A stretch of DNA of 64,000 bases from Felis catus (taxonomy: Eukaryota). Positions within the stretch are counted from its first letter, which is position 1, and every line of letters starts with the position of its first letter. Where the stretch lies: NCBI RefSeq assembly GCF_018350175.1, contig NC_058368.1, forward strand, positions 156,180,001 to 156,244,000, written 5' to 3'. The notes under the pieces were generated by a model. It worked only from the letters and a program-made list of their open reading frames with translations. It had not been told where the DNA came from and did no database searches. A program made the translations under genes and the position numbers. Below are positions 27,331-41,997 of this stretch, one piece after another.

Positions 27331-28624
27331 AGTTATTTGAGGAAAGGGGCTTTGTCTCCAACTTGATTGTCTACCTCTTTCCTCACCGTTAACACCTAGC
27401 ACAGTGCCTTACTTGGAGAAAACATTTTAAATGCATTTATTGAGAAAATGAATAAACATCTCTTGGTGAACTGGATAAAAGGAAAGACCCACAAAGCATA
27501 TAATATAATGAAGCCAAAAGTTAATATATTTAGGGAGGGAAAATGTATATAAATATAAAACAGGATTACACTGTGTAAAAAAATAATAGAAACAAAAGCA
27601 GAGTGGAAAGAAATATCGGCAGCTCAGAATGGACTGGCCACAAATCCAAACATCATGTTGTCATCATAAAAGAAAATGAGCAGTGTAAAATGAATGGGCT
27701 GTTTACTCACACTGATTATGCTACTTGGTTTCAGTGTGCAGTTATGACCTACTTAGGTAAGGAAGACTGGAAAAATATTAGGAAATATTTAAAGAACCAC
27801 AAGAAGATGAAAGTTTGGAAAATAATAAAAAGCATTATAATATAATGGCATAATTGACTAAGATGGTATTCTTCCTTGAACATTTATATGAAAGCACAGT
27901 ATGGTGTCATAGTATTAACCTTGAGATTAATATATTCTCCACATGCCTCAGTTTAATCTAGTATGAAACTGATTACCCTTTCTAAATCAACTCACATTGT
28001 TAGCCTATGCCAGTGCTAGGGATAATGAATACAGTACATTTCACTTACTGCTTTGAAAATACATTTATTTTCCCTAAAGCAAACTCTTCTAAACTCTATT
28101 CCAGGGATTCTGGGAGAACATGAAACATTCTATTTTTACCAATTTATATACTTCATGGGCTTTTGCTAGTAATCCTACAGACAAATTTATGGTCCATACA
28201 GCTGTGTATGCATTTGTAACTCTTATTTTAAGTCTTAATTTCATGTCCTCCTCCTTGCTCTGCTTCTTCCTTCTCACCTACTTTTAATTCATTATCCTAA
28301 TATATTTAATACTTGTTAAAGGCCAACTTAAATCCTTTCTAAAACAATGCACATGTGCAAATAAATAAGCAAATAGGTGAATAAGTTACTAAGATCCTTC
28401 ATAATATTAGATATTTCAGTCACCTCTACCCGCAGACGTACCTTTGCTAAAAAAGAAAAGCCTAATATATTTTTAGTTTAGCGTCATCCAACCCATGTGT
28501 TTCCCTGAACAGTTCATTTTAGTTGCTAAAGTGAGGAATGGAGTTTTGAAGAATAATTTGGGGGTGAAAAAACATACAGAAACAGCAGGTGTATGTGAGG
28601 GCAATGGATGGAAAGGTGGAGATT

Positions 28625-28842
28625 AAAAAAAAAATTTTTTTTAACATTTATTCATTTTTGAGAGACACTGGGTGCAAGCAGAGGAGGGGCAGAGAGAGAG
28701 GGAGACACAGAATACGAAGCAGTCTCCAGGCTCGGAGAGCTATCAGCACAGAGCCTGACGTGGTTTTAGAACTCACAAACCATGAGATCGTGATCTGAGC
28801 CAAAGTTGGACGCTTGACCAACTATGCCACCCAGATGCCCCA
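28625..28842 (-). mobile_element. Can-SINE
   Basis: TSD gaaaggtggagatt on both sides. Confidence 0.9.
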
Positions 28843-29529
28843 TGAAAGGTGGAGATTTTTAATGTCACATGATGGTGGTCTAGGAATTCATACTGCAATG
28901 TGTCACAAGTATGAATCAATATGTTGAGTTATTTTGAAATACTTTCGTTGCTTCTCTGGGTTCCTGTGACTATTCCACTGTTCTAAAAGTGTTAGATCTC
29001 AGGTCACATGGATCCTGTCTTTCTGGGCATATTCTGTGGACCTGTTAGAGAATAATTATCAGGAAGTATTGCCTTCATGGTAGGAGAGCTCATCCTGTAC
29101 AAGGTTGGTGTAATGGGTTGGAGAGAAAGGATGGTTCTAAGAGAACAGTCAAGAAAAAATCAACTGAACCTGATAATACACGAGGAACAGGCAAAGAACC
29201 AGCTCAGTATGGAAACTATAATCAAGATTCTACCCTGCATGTGTTTCAGAATGATGACACTCCTAATACAAAAGACACCATGCAGAAAGGACAAGGGAAG
29301 ATTGGAAGAAAGGATCAGTTGAGGACATCATAGTAGATCTCCGGTAATACATTGGGTCATTTGAGAAATACGAGCAGCCAGACATACAATGTTGAGGGTA
29401 AAGGTAAGTGCTTAGAGCTGGAGACGCAAAGCTGGAAGTCATCTGCATAGAGATTATAGGACAAGCCATGTGAACAAAAAAGCAATAAAAAATGGGTTTC
29501 TTTTTGTTAAAAAAAATTTTATATTAATA

Positions 29530-30025
29530 AAGACGGTCCTGACTTTCGATGGTTCGACTTACGATTTTTTAACGTTATGATGGTGTGAAAACAATAGGCT
29601 TTGAGTAGAAACCGCACATCAAGTTTTGAACTTAGATCTTTCCCCGAGCTAGCAATATGCTGTATTATATGGAGCTGGGTGGTGGCAGAGAGCTGCAGCT
29701 CGGGCAGCCGGGCGGTCATGGGGTGAACAACCCAGACGCTCACAACCACTCTGTACCCGTTCAGCCATTCCATTTTTCACTTTCAGTAAATAGTCAAGAT
29801 ATTACATGAGATATGCATCACTTTGTTATAAAATAGGCTTGTGTTAGATGATTTTGTCCAATTGTAGGCTAATGTGAGTGTTCGCACCACGTTTAAGGTA
29901 GGTGAGGCTGAGCTATGATGATTCGTAGTTTAGGCACGTTAAATGCATTTGTGACTTAACAATATTTTCAAACTTATGATGAGGTCATCAGGATGTAACC
30001 CCATCACTAGTCCAGGAAGATCTGT
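29530..30025 (-). mobile_element. MER47/Tigger5-like Tc1-mariner non-autonomous transposon
   Basis: Termini (c/a)agacggtcctgactttcgatgg and ccatcactagtccaggaagatctg form degenerate TIRs with TA flanks; the body matches the recalled MER47 consensus. Confidence 0.75.
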
Positions 30026-30179
30026 AAAATTAAATTGTTTTCATTATATGAAATACAGAAAATAGGTAAAATGATACATATAAAAATCAAAATTGCTTGC
30101 AATCCTACCATGTAAAGATAAAAACTATAAGCTCCCTAGCATATATCCTTTCAAGATTTGTTTTTACATACATGCTTTT

Positions 30180-30410
30180 TTAAAGTTTTTTTTTGTTTAT
30201 TTAGGTTTATTTGTTTTTGAGAGAGAAAGATGGAGAGAGCAAGAGAGAGAGTACGTGGGAGTAGGAACAGAGAGAGAGGGAGAGAGAGAGAGACTCTCAA
30301 GCAGGTTCCGTGTAGTCAGCTCAGAGCCTGATGCAGGGCGTGAACTGAAGAACTGTGAGATCATGACCTGAGCCAAAATCAAGAGTCAGACATTCAACTG
30401 ACTCAGGCAC
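30180..30410 (-). mobile_element. Can-SINE
   Basis: T-rich tail, (GA) linker, gagatcatgacctgagccaaaatcaagagtc. Confidence 0.85.
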
Positions 30411-32520
30411 TTTACATAGTATTTTACATAGTACTTTACATAGTAAATAACTGACAATCTTAGACGTTTCATGCACACCTGTTAACATCTTTCTGAATAT
30501 GTGCTCTCTAGTTGAGAAGCTTAGGTTCACCATCCGCCTCCCAGCTTTGATGTCTTCAGAAAGTCGCTACTTACACATCACTGTACTCTTCATGAAAGAA
30601 GCACAGGAATACACACAGACTGGTGAGATATTTAAAAGAGACAATGTGCATGAAGCACCTAGGATGTCTGGTATATAGTTATCATTCGAAAAACTGGGCC
30701 AGTTTTGATGTCATAATCACTAACTGCAGCTTCCCTTTAACTATAAATCATAATTATTTGTCATTTTAATATTTTTCAATATCAACCCTTTTAATGACTC
30801 CATAGTAGTGTATCATATGACTATCCTATAATTGACTTGTCTCATTCTATATTGTGGGACATTCATTTCCATTTTTTGTCTTTCAGAAATAATGTTTCAG
30901 CAGATATCCTCACATATAAAGCTTCATCAGCAGCTCTGATTAATTCCTTATGATTGATTCCTAGAAATTTCTGGGTCAAGGGGAATAAACATTTTTAAGG
31001 TTTTTGACACAACTTACTAAAAAGTCCTCCAGAAAGCGTGTACCAAACTGCATTTCTGAGTAGTGACTAAGTAGTGACCCTCATGTGCTAATGTCTGTGT
31101 TGGATAATAGTGGAGATTGATTACTACACAGAAGCAGACAGAAAGAAAAGTCTTATTACATTTATACTTGCTGCAGGTATAGAAGAAAGAAAGAAGTTAA
31201 ACATAAGAAGTAGCTGTTTGAAAGATAAACCCATTCCCATGCTGACTTTCCAGGCCTCTCTCTAGGCTGAGCAACCCTGAAGGGCAAGACTTATAGAGCA
31301 ATGCCTAAAGTTATAGATGGTTAGAGAGCATAGATTATAGACCTAGGACCTAGGTCTATAGGATATATAGACTGTAGGCTCTATAGCATATAGATTATAG
31401 ATCAATGGTTATAGATTAAGATGAAAGTGGTACTGCTAAAAATTAAAGCAACTTCTTATTTGTGCAATAATGAATTTTAAAGAGTCAGCTCTTTGCTTTT
31501 CAATGACATAAGAGTCTATTTACATGCAAGCTGCTGGGTACTGAAATGACAGGGTATTGAGGGCATTCCATTTCTAGGAATCAATCATAAGGAGTTAATC
31601 AGAGATGGTGAAAATGTTTTATTTGTAAGTGAAGTAACAACAATACACTTGAATATAGAGTCTTATGTGTCACTGACCTCGGATTCCCCATTACCTATAT
31701 GGAGACAGCAACTTAATAGGTCAACAGGGTATATCTATTGTATTTATGGAGACTTTGTGTAGGAGGTTTACACACCCTTATTTCTGGGTATGACTCTTGT
31801 TCCTCAAGAGTGAGATACACTCAGTAAATTTAGAGAGTGAAATCATGGATAGTGTATTTCCAAGGTGCATCAAGAATGTATGGTGATTAACAATATCTCC
31901 TTCAGCTATACATGATATATTTATTCACAGATACCAAGCAAAGGTCCTCTCCAATGATATATTCAGTGAAGAATCAAACTGACACTCTATATAATGCCAC
32001 CAAATGTCATCAGATTATTCTGGAAGTATATTTCATGCTTTAAATGATTTTTCTTATGTTTAAATGCTGTTAATTAAATAATAAAAGCTAAAGACCTTAT
32101 TCATAATTTTTAAAGTTTCTCCTCTCTCAACTTTTACCTAAGGCTCTGAGTTAGTTTACATGAATTATCCAGTTTTGCTGTTTTTTTTTTTTTTTGATAA
32201 TTAGTTGTAGTACTGTCAAATCCCCAGTCATAGATCAAAAAGGATAAATTGTAAGATGGCTAAGCAATTAGAACCACTAAATTCCAAAAATTAACAATTT
32301 GCCATTATATCAGTAAAACTATGTTAGTAAATGATTATATAGTTGGTATCCTGGATTCTTGAGCTAATAAAAAAAGAAGTAATACTTTTTACTTACCTAT
32401 ATAATATAAAATTTTGTAAGTTCTTTTTGTGAGATGCATTTACCTCGATGAGTAAAAGTTTCTCCTAAACTTTAAAGAAATCGCCGAATTTTACATAGTA
32501 AAGCATTTAGAGGTTCTCAC

Positions 32521-32631
32521 CTGAGTAAAGAAGGGTAGAAATGCGATATGCAAGAAAACCAATGTAATGGTTGCTTAAAAAATGGTTTCATGGAATTTGA
32601 AGCAGAGTCATCCATGCCATGCTGAAAAGTC
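32521..32631 (-). CDS. KIAA0825: KIAA0825 internal coding exon (7th in window)
   Basis: Acceptor tttccccag|G, donor CAG|gtgaga; 111 bp, phase 2->2; (Q)[36 protein letters not shown](R). Confidence 0.9.
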
Positions 32632-33619
32632 CTGGGGAAATAAAATAATTATTTCATAATATACAGAAAACATTACCCATGAAGACCATCAAAACTTTTT
32701 ATTCTCACTTAGTCAAAGTTAATGATTTTACACAAAATGATATTGTGTTAGAATGGACAATGCATTCATCCACTTGGAATCTGTGTTAATAGGTAACACA
32801 GAGGCCCCCATATAGCAATCCTTATACTTAGAAAGGTCTGACAATATCATCATTATATTAAAATTCTCATTATAAAATTTGTCAAACATAAATGTATAAA
32901 GAATAGGACAGTAAATACCATTTCTATCTCCCTCCTCAACCTAGATCCAATAAATGTCAATATTTTGTCATATTTGCTTCATTTATGTAAGATGTTTAGC
33001 ATAAAGATACCTCTCTTTATTCTTTAAAGTGATTTATAAATACTAAACAATTAATGAGAATTTATAATTAATTCTGTATGCTCCTAAGAGCCTATAGAGA
33101 GCTTATAAAGAAGAATTTAACTGTAAAATATATGACTATGATTTCAAAATTAGAACAATTTGGCCAGAATATCTGGTTTACAACTATCTTTGGAGAAGTG
33201 ACTATAACATTTTTCTTGGTTGGCCCAAATTCAACAATAAATCTTGAGGTAATAAGAAAGAATTTGCTACATAAAATCTTTAGTAGATAGCTTGGTTAAT
33301 AAAATTTTTATCATAACAGGAGACTATACTTGCCTACATGGAGTGAGGAATAACAACTGGGAATATTTTAGAAATGGAATTGTTTGAAGTGGTACTCTCT
33401 TTATATATAGTACAGGAACAACAGCATCTTTAAATAATATGTAGAACAGAATTCCATTCTGAAAACCCTTCCTACCTTTTCATTCCATATCCTGCTTCTT
33501 ATAATATCACACTTTCCAAATTTGACATGACTCTTCTCAGTCTGTCTTGCCAAATTGCACACCTTCTAATTAAATATACTTCAACATTTTTTAGACTTTA
33601 ATATATCTCTTCTTTGAAT

Positions 33620-33621
33620 AT

Positions 33622-33656
<35 letters not shown>

Positions 33657-33657
33657 T

Positions 33658-33697
<40 letters not shown>

Positions 33698-33857
33698 GAG
33701 GAAGGGCAGAGAGAGAGCGGGAGACAGAGAATCCCAAGCAGGTTCCATACTGTCAGTGCAGAGCCTGGTGTGGGGGTTGAACCCACGAACTTTGAGATCA
33801 TGACCCGAGCTGAAATCAGGATTAGGAGTCTTAACTGAGTGAGCCACCCAGGGACCC
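33620..33857 (-). mobile_element. Can-SINE with (TTTA)n tail
   Basis: Long TSD taatatatctcttctttgaa on both sides. Confidence 0.95.
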
Positions 33858-34029
33858 ATAATATATCTCTTCTTTGAAAGCCATTTTTTTCTTACTAATT
33901 TTTTTTTTTTTTTACTAAATTTCAGAAAGAACAAAAGTTACCAGATAGGCTTCAAAATGAGGCTGTCATATTTCCAAACCTTACATTACACTGTGTGAAC
34001 CAAGCAGAAGCTTAGATCAGGATCCTAGG

Positions 34030-35400
34030 ATACGCTTTTCTAAGGAGTATGGACTTTGTGCCAGCAGTGAGGAATCACTGAAGACTTTAGAGCATGGGAG
34101 TTATATCAGCTATCTTATATTTTCAAAAAACCACTTGTGCAACAGTGTGGAGTGTTGACTAAAGAGATCAAGGCTAGGGAAGATCAGGCAGAAAAGAACA
34201 ATGTCCTAAACCAAAGTAAGAGGCAGAGGAGACAGGGAGTAGGAGACAAATATAAAAAATATAAAATTAATAGAATCAACAATATTCATTCCCTAAAGAC
34301 ATGGGGTTGGAGATGGCACAGGGAGAAGGTAGAAGGAGAAGGGCTAAGGGTTAAGAGAAACCTGGGATGGCTTGAAGGCATTTTACTTAGTTTCAGATAT
34401 ATTGAGGGAACTGCAGGAATTTGAAGTATATTCAAAGAGAGACATCCACTTGAAACTTAGATTTGCTGATGTAACATATACAAGAGATATCTAGGGGGAA
34501 GATATTGATGTAGAAGTCATTAGCATAATGGCAAAGCCAAGGGGATGGCTGAATTCACCCGAAAGAAAGTGTAAAAGGAAAAGAGATGGTCTGGAACACA
34601 CTGACAATTAAAGGATGAAGTGAGAAAAAGAAGCACTCAAATGAAACCAAGAAGGAATAATCAGAGATGCAGGCAAAGAGCCAGGAGAAAGTGATGTTAA
34701 GTAAACCAAGGGAAGAAAAATGGCCAGTAGTGATAAAAGCTGCAGAAAGGGTAATTGAACGTAGGGACAAAGATTTGAGCTGGCAACTGGGTAGGCATGG
34801 ATGACCTGGCCCACATTTTTTGTTTAGCATGATGAGGGCAGTTGCAGTGCATTGAACGAATGGTAGGTGTGAAAGTGCAGACAATGAGTGCAAACTACAT
34901 TTAGAAAGGAAACATAAAAATAAAGAAAAAAAATTTTTTTTTTTTTTTTAAGTAGGCTTCACACTCAGCACAGGGCCCAGCGAGGGGCTTGAACTCATGA
35001 CCCTGAGATCAAGACCTGAACTGAGATCAAGAGTTGGGTGCTTAATTATCTGAGCCACCCAGGTGCCCCCAAAAGAATATTTTTAAGTGTAAAAGAGTCT
35101 TTGGAGAAAGAGTCAGAAGACAGAAAGTGTATTTAAAAGACTACAGCTATGGAGTAGGAGGTAAATGTGATCGAGAGCTCAGGTGAAAATATTTGTTTTG
35201 GTTGGGAAAAGAGATACATTGATCAAAGGATTTAGAGGGAGTAAGGACAGAGATAATTATTAAAATGGAAATGAGAAGTTAAAGTACATTCATGATGATC
35301 TAGGTTTTCTCAGAAAAGTATAGGGGCAAAGTCATCTGCTAACAAATAGTGGGATAGGGCAAGGTGGAGGGTTTGCTAAAGTGGAGGAGGATGGAAGAGA
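34030..35400. mobile_element. LINE-2 remnant with a short Can-SINE at about 34935-35070
   Basis: Degenerate purine-rich L2-like sequence; SINE with ...gagccacccaggtgcccc end. Confidence 0.5.
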
Positions 35401-36049
35401 ACGCCACCCAGATGTAAGACAAAGACTGGAGTTATCAGAAAGTACAAAAGGCCAGCTAAGTGAATGTCATGGGCAGTGTCCCAAATTCTGGATGGAGAGG
35501 CCAAGAAAGTGAGGGAAGAGAGAAGGGACATGCACTAGCAAGGGAGCTAGGAAGGGTTGGTACTGGCATAACGTGAGAGGAGAGGAAGCAAGCGTTCTGG
35601 AAAGAAAGAAGACCTCATAGGAAAGCAGTCTGAAAGAAAAGGATGGGACAAGAGACGAAGGGCTTGATGAGAGACCAGTAGGGATCGGAGGCTGTGGTAT
35701 TGTAACCTCTGCCCATTTTACCACCTACATGATTGAGCCCTTTGCATAAAGTCCGTTCTGTCTAATTATCTGGGGGGGGGGGGGCAGTTCATTTCTCCAA
35801 GAATGAAAACCTTACCTAGAAAGTACTCTCTGCCATGGTCAGCTGGCTCTCTAGACTGCTCTACCTCAAAACCTTATAAAAAGTCTTCCCCGACCAAGAA
35901 ATTTTCTATCTCATCACCTCATCCCTGTCTATGGTCTTATTTTGCTTTGTTTCTTCTTAGGACTTAAGTCTATCTCCGATCCTCTTACATTTATTTTTTT
36001 GCTGTCTGCTCTGTACCCAAGGGGAGGGTCACTGAAGATTATCTAGAGG

Positions 36050-36290
36050 CAGTGCACGGGCACATGCAGGAGCTCTGGAGCCAGACGGACTGAGTTTGTA
36101 TTTTGGTGTTTTGGGTGGGCTTTTTATTGGACACACAGTGTGGTTTGATAATTTATTCAGTTTCAGTTTTCTCATTTGTAAAACGGTAAAAAAGAAATAA
36201 TAATCACCTCACGAGGTCAGTGTGATGATTTAGATAATGCACATAAAGGACCTAGAAAGTGTACGTACATAATACAGGACCCACATAGGT
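36050..36290 (+). mobile_element. MIR SINE
   Basis: gctctggagccagac...tcagttttctcatttgtaaaacgg MIR core. Confidence 0.7.
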
Positions 36291-37669
36291 AACATAGTAT
36301 CAGCATGAAAACAACGGTTGTAAACACTTCTTAAGAAGGTCTACAGCTATCTCAGAGTCTAAATGGTTGCCTAATTAGTTTCATCCTTGAGATTAGAAAA
36401 CAATAATGGAGAATCTAAGGATAATGGAATGGTTATTTGGAATGGTGTAAAAACTTCTCAGACAAAAACCACTGGCAATACAGTATTTCCCAGAACACTT
36501 CTGCCAGTACCTAAGCTCTTTTATTCCGCTCATGGTTTCTCAGTCATCCCGGTAATAGTAGGGTTATTTGGCTATAAGAAATGTTATGGCAGATGTTTAT
36601 GGTCTCAGAGGGGGTGGGATCTGTATAAGCATTTAATTCCACAGCAAGATCCCAAATTAGTGTCATTATTCTGGAGAGTATAACAGGGTGAAAATTGGCC
36701 CACAAGCCTCAATGGGGGAATGAAATGATGAGCTGGCTATTAGATAACCTCTAATGATGTTTTGGTATACACTTAAAAGAGAGGATGCTCTAAATAATTC
36801 ATAGTGGAGAATAAAACACAATCATATGAGCCACAGAGTTATATTTTCCACAAGACTTAAAAGAACTTTGATACAGGAAATTTAAATACTCTTTAAAAAA
36901 TAAGTAATTGTCCATCGGTTGAAGCAAAATACATTTCCTCACATTTCCAAATTAGCAGACTGTAAAGATGTTTTTGCTTAGGGGGAAAAATGTGAATTGG
37001 GGGAAATTCCTTGCCTTTGCCCTTCCTCCAGCATCAGCTGACCTTTGCCCCTTCCCTCTCGCTAACATCAGACAGACTCTGCAGTCTTCACAGCATGCCA
37101 CTTGGGCCCTCTGCCCCAGATTCAGTCTCTTGTGGGTCTGTGATGTACAAGTATGTTGCCTTCCTTCCTTTCTTCATTAACAAAACTGAATGACTTTTGG
37201 GGGCTTATGCAGCCAGCTGCTGCTAGAAAGAAAGAAATCTAATGCACATCAAAAGTGAGAACAACTGATAAGCAAAAAAGAGTTAGCTGGGTTTTATGCT
37301 TCTCTTGTGCCACCCTGCTTTTGGCTGCCCTCCCAGGAGAACTCTGTCTCATAATATGATGCTAATGGATTAAATCTCCAGGATGGAATTGAGGCAGCAG
37401 AGGGATGTAAGTTTCACAGGGGTAGAGGGGCCAGGCCAGACACCTCACTTCTGTGTCTACCATAGTGCCTAAGCCACTGGAGGTGCTCAAGAAATTAAAG
37501 TACCAAGAGAAGACCACAAGTTCAGAAGAAGTAGAATTAGTTTGAAACTGAACTACAGAGATAGAAATGGAATATTCGAGACAATGAAGACATGCAAGCC
37601 TTTCTGATGTCTCAAAAATCACAATTAACCATGAACGTGTAGAGAGAGCCAAATTCAATCTACTTCACC

Positions 37670-37762
37670 ATTTTATTTATTTTTATGTTTATTTATTTTT
37701 TAAATGTTTATTTATTTATGTAGAGAGAGGAAGAGCAGGCATGCACATCCATGGGGAAGGGG

Positions 37763-37814
<52 letters not shown>

Positions 37815-37928
37815 ATCCCAAGCATGCTCCATGCCCGGCATGGACCCTGACACAGAGTTTGATCCCATAACCTAGGCCAAAATCAGGAGTTGGACACTTA
37901 ACTGACTGACACACCACACAGGTGCCCC
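37670..37928 (-). mobile_element. Can-SINE
   Basis: (GA)n linker, reverse-complement head; flanked by atctac...caccatttt repeats. Confidence 0.9.
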
Positions 37929-38230
37929 ATCTACGCCACCATTTTAAACACAGTTCTAAGTCATTATTTTGCTTTCATAATCCAGCATTACCCCTGGGAC
38001 TATAAATAGTTGCATGAATATCATTCAGTGAGAGAAATTAAGGTAAGACACTTAGGATAAACAATGGCTCCCCACACTTCTCCTGCCCCCTGCCTTATGT
38101 TTCTCATGATGAAAATAACTCTTTGAGGTTAGACAATAATGATTTGAATTTGGAAAATGACTGGCACAATGCTTGAACAGACTGTAGGTACACAGCAGAC
38201 ATCGGTTAAAAAAAAAAAAAAGAAAAGAAT

Positions 38231-38437
38231 GGGGCGCCTGGGTGGCTCAGTTGGTTGAGGGTCTGACTTTGGCTAAGGTCATGATCTCCTGATGGTTTGT
38301 GGGTTTGAGCCCCACATCACCTTGCTGTTCTCAGCACAGGGCCTGCTTCGGATCTTCTGTCCCCTCCCCCATCCCTCCCTCACTCATGCTTTCTTAAAAA
38401 TAAATAAAAACATTAAAAACAGAAAAAAGAAAAAAGA
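38231..38437 (+). mobile_element. Can-SINE
   Basis: ggggcgcctgggtggctcagttggttgag head and A-rich tail; flanked by aaaagaatg. Confidence 0.9.
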
Positions 38438-38889
38438 ATGAACAGTGGCAATGAAGATGAATTTCAGGGGCCATCTGTGACAAGCAATCTTGAGTGGTAT
38501 ATAGCCAAAGGGCAGATGGAGAACGGGACAGATGGTGGTGAGGCAGAATAAGACTGGATCCCAGAAGACAGGGCAGGAACCAGCTAGTCAAAGATTCAGG
38601 GCACAGGCCTTCTTCAAAGGTCATGACTATCCCTTCACCAGTGTTTTACTTTATTACCTTATTAGAATCACATATAAGGCTGTTTGTGATTAGAATCACA
38701 TATAGGCTTAAACAAGAAAATAGAAAGTTTATTCAAAAGCAATGTTTAGAGGAAGGGGATTATGGGGGTCATTTAATCTAAACAAAATGGCTAAAACAAC
38801 TAACTTCCCTTTCTGAATCCTTTTGCATTCTGCCACTTTTTTTTAACATGTTAATTATTTCAATTTTTATTTCTATTTAGTACGTACTT

Positions 38890-39530
38890 ATTTTTTAACA
38901 GCTTTATTAAGGTGTCTAATTCATATACCACAAAATTTACTCATTTTGAGTTTACAGCAAAGTGGTTTCTACTATATTCACAGAGTTGTGCAAACTTCAC
39001 CACTATCTAATTTTATAACATTTTCATTAGCCTCAAAAGAGATCCTACACCTATTAGGAGGTATGACCGATTCTCCCCTCCTTTCAGCCACTGGCAACTG
39101 ACTAACCTACCTTCTGTCTCTCATTGCTTATTTTGGAAATTTCTAGTAAAACAAACCTTACAATATGTACTCTCTTTGGTCTGGCTTTTTTTACTTCACA
39201 AATGTTTTTGAAGTTCAGCCCTGAGGTAGGAAGCACCTGTCAGCACCCCATAGTTTTTTATGGTTGAATGATATTCCCCTGTATAGATAGGCCACATTTT
39301 GTTTGTCCATTCACCAATTGATGGGCATTTGGGTTCTTTTCACTCTGTGCTATTATGAAAAATCCTGCTATGAACACTGTGTACAAATCTTTGTACTGAC
39401 ATACATTTTTGGTTTGTTTACATATATACACCTAAGAGTAAAACTGCTGGGTCAGATGACCATATGTTCAACATTTTACATAAGCATACTCTATGCTTAA
39501 CGTTTTGAGGAACGACTTGCTTTCGAAGCA
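38890..39530 (-). mobile_element. Old LINE-1 3' UTR (L1M-type)
   Basis: cagctttattaaggtg...catataccacaaaatttactcatttt...tccattcaccaattgatgggcatttgggtt, typical of an antisense L1M 3' end. Confidence 0.8.
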
Positions 39531-41997
39531 TGCCAAGCACTCTAGCAATATGAAAATGAAATTTTAGTCTAACATGCTCTGCTTTGTGAGGGACAGTGAC
39601 ATACTTTAAAATAAATAAGTAAATAAAAAGGCTAAGACCATAACCTCAAAATGATTACCTAGTGTTGGTTTGAAACCAGAGACACAGCATTGAAATACCT
39701 TGGGATTTAGTTCTTCAAAGCCATATTGGCGATACCAAGTGAACCTCAAGATAGTAGGTCTGCTATTCTGGTCGTAGTGGTCAATATTCTGGCCTATTTC
39801 TGATGATTCTGGTTTTTGCCTGTTAGGTTGGCACTTGTACTGAAAATCATCCTTCTGTGTTATTAAATATTGTAACACTGGGGACAGTGGCTATGTGTGT
39901 GTAAATAAATTCAATCTTAACATGGAAAATTTTATTAGACTTTACTTGATGGTAGATACTTCATCTTGCTCAATGCTATAATCCTGGTGCTTAATCCCTG
40001 TGCTTAATCACAGGGGCTAGAGAGGCAGCAACATTTGTTGAATTGAAAACGAACTGCATTTACCTAAAATTCTACGAATTTAATTTTAATTTGCTACAGA
40101 GAAACTAAAATTAACATTCTATGCAAGCAAAATGCAACATACAAAACCATGTTGGGGTATGTATATGAATGTGCACTGAGTATACTTCTGAATGTGCAGT
40201 TTAACTGCCTTTATGAAAGATCTACAAGCAATAGGCATTTTGGAAAAATACACGGTGAATATTTCATGTTTCGGCACGTCTCTTTCCCTGGAGGACAAAC
40301 TTAAAGTACTCCTTTTATAACATTCTAACAGAAATCTACAAAGGAGAGTTAAAAGAGAACACACATTTTTGCAAACAGGTTTCATTCTTCCTGAAAAGAT
40401 TTTAAAATCATGTATTCCTGCCCTGGGATTTAGTGGTCCTACGTTAAACTCAGAAAGGAAAATACATTCAGTTTATCTGTCAGAACTACTTGGAAGAAAG
40501 GCAGTCACCTTCAAAAAAAGGCATATCACATGTAGTGACAAATGTCAGGTACAGTTTATGAAAAATTCAGTACTATCAACATCTGATTGTTACTTTTCAC
40601 CAATCCCTCAAAGCACAGCTTAATTTTTAAATGTGAGCTAGAGATATATTTTTTCCTTCAATACTAATAATATGACAATTGCATACTCTGGTTGTGAAAA
40701 GAAGCTCAATAAGTCAATAGGGTCCTTGCAACACACATACAATTTTTCCTACTTGGTGAAGATGACCCTGTAGATTTCCTTTGTCAATATAAAGCAAAAT
40801 ATATTTCAAAGATTACACTGGTATTCTAGAAAAACAATCATAACATTTAAATCAACTTGAATGGATACAATTTGTGAAAATTTATATGAACTGAGAAATA
40901 TTGAAAAGGAAAGTACCTAGACTTTGTTCATGCTTAAAGGCAATGTAGCTATCTGTGTTTCATATTAAGAAAAACCAGAGGCGGTGCTTGGTGTAAAATG
41001 TTCTGTAATCCTGGTTGAAATTAGCAATTTAAATTTGTTGAATGAGGTTACAGTGCAGTATCTAATGCACAAATCACAGAGATTTGAGTAGTTGCATAGT
41101 TGTTAAAAAAATGTACCAAAAGGCCATGGGTTAACAATAATCAATGTATGTTACATTATTATTATTAAAATGTGCAATCTTTGATAATAATTTATTTGTT
41201 TTACAAATGTATTGGGGGGTTAAAATTTTTCTATTCATCTGTGACAAACCATGAAATTCAATATTGCTCACCATGACCAATCCATGAAATTTGTCAACTT
41301 TGTTCCTGATTTTCACAGGGCCTTCCTCTCAGATGAAATGACCCGTTGAACTAAGAGCATAGCAATTTTTTCATCTATGGTAAATCAGTTTAGTTTACTA
41401 GGATTTATTACGTGCTTCAGACCTTGAGCTTTTTATGATTATGAACTATTATGCATATAATCCCAAACTTACAGCAATTTATCTTACTATTTCTTCCCCT
41501 TCCTGAAAGAATTCTCCATTTCTAAAATTAGTTCTTCTTGCCAGAAGAAACAATCTATAAACAATGGGTTTGTTGAAAGTCAAAGAGTGGGTGAAAATTA
41601 TAGGGAAGGTGAAATCAAACTTGTTAATTACTCTTAGAATTTCTAACACAGAAGTCTCAAAATTCACTGAAAATCAAGATTTATATATTTCTCCTACCAG
41701 AATCTTCCAGAAAGGAATACTTTACCTAATTTATCCTAAGAAATAAAAATATTCATCATTTTTCCTACCCAAGAAACTACAAATATGCAATTATCTAGTC
41801 TTTTGAGATAAAGTGACTATTTTGGAGGAGAGTTTAAAAAAACTTGTATAATTATTTTATGATAAGATCTACTCCAGCCTCTTTTACAATATTACCAATT
41901 TGAATGAAATAAACCAGAAAAGTAGTTCAAAATTTTAATTTCCCTAAATCTTATTTACTATGTAAAATCTTTCAATATTTTAAAAATGCAGTTGCTG

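Noticed and set aside
35772..35784. Poly-G run (also 46209-46218) as a G-quadruplex element
   Set aside because: Simple homopolymers with no supporting context.
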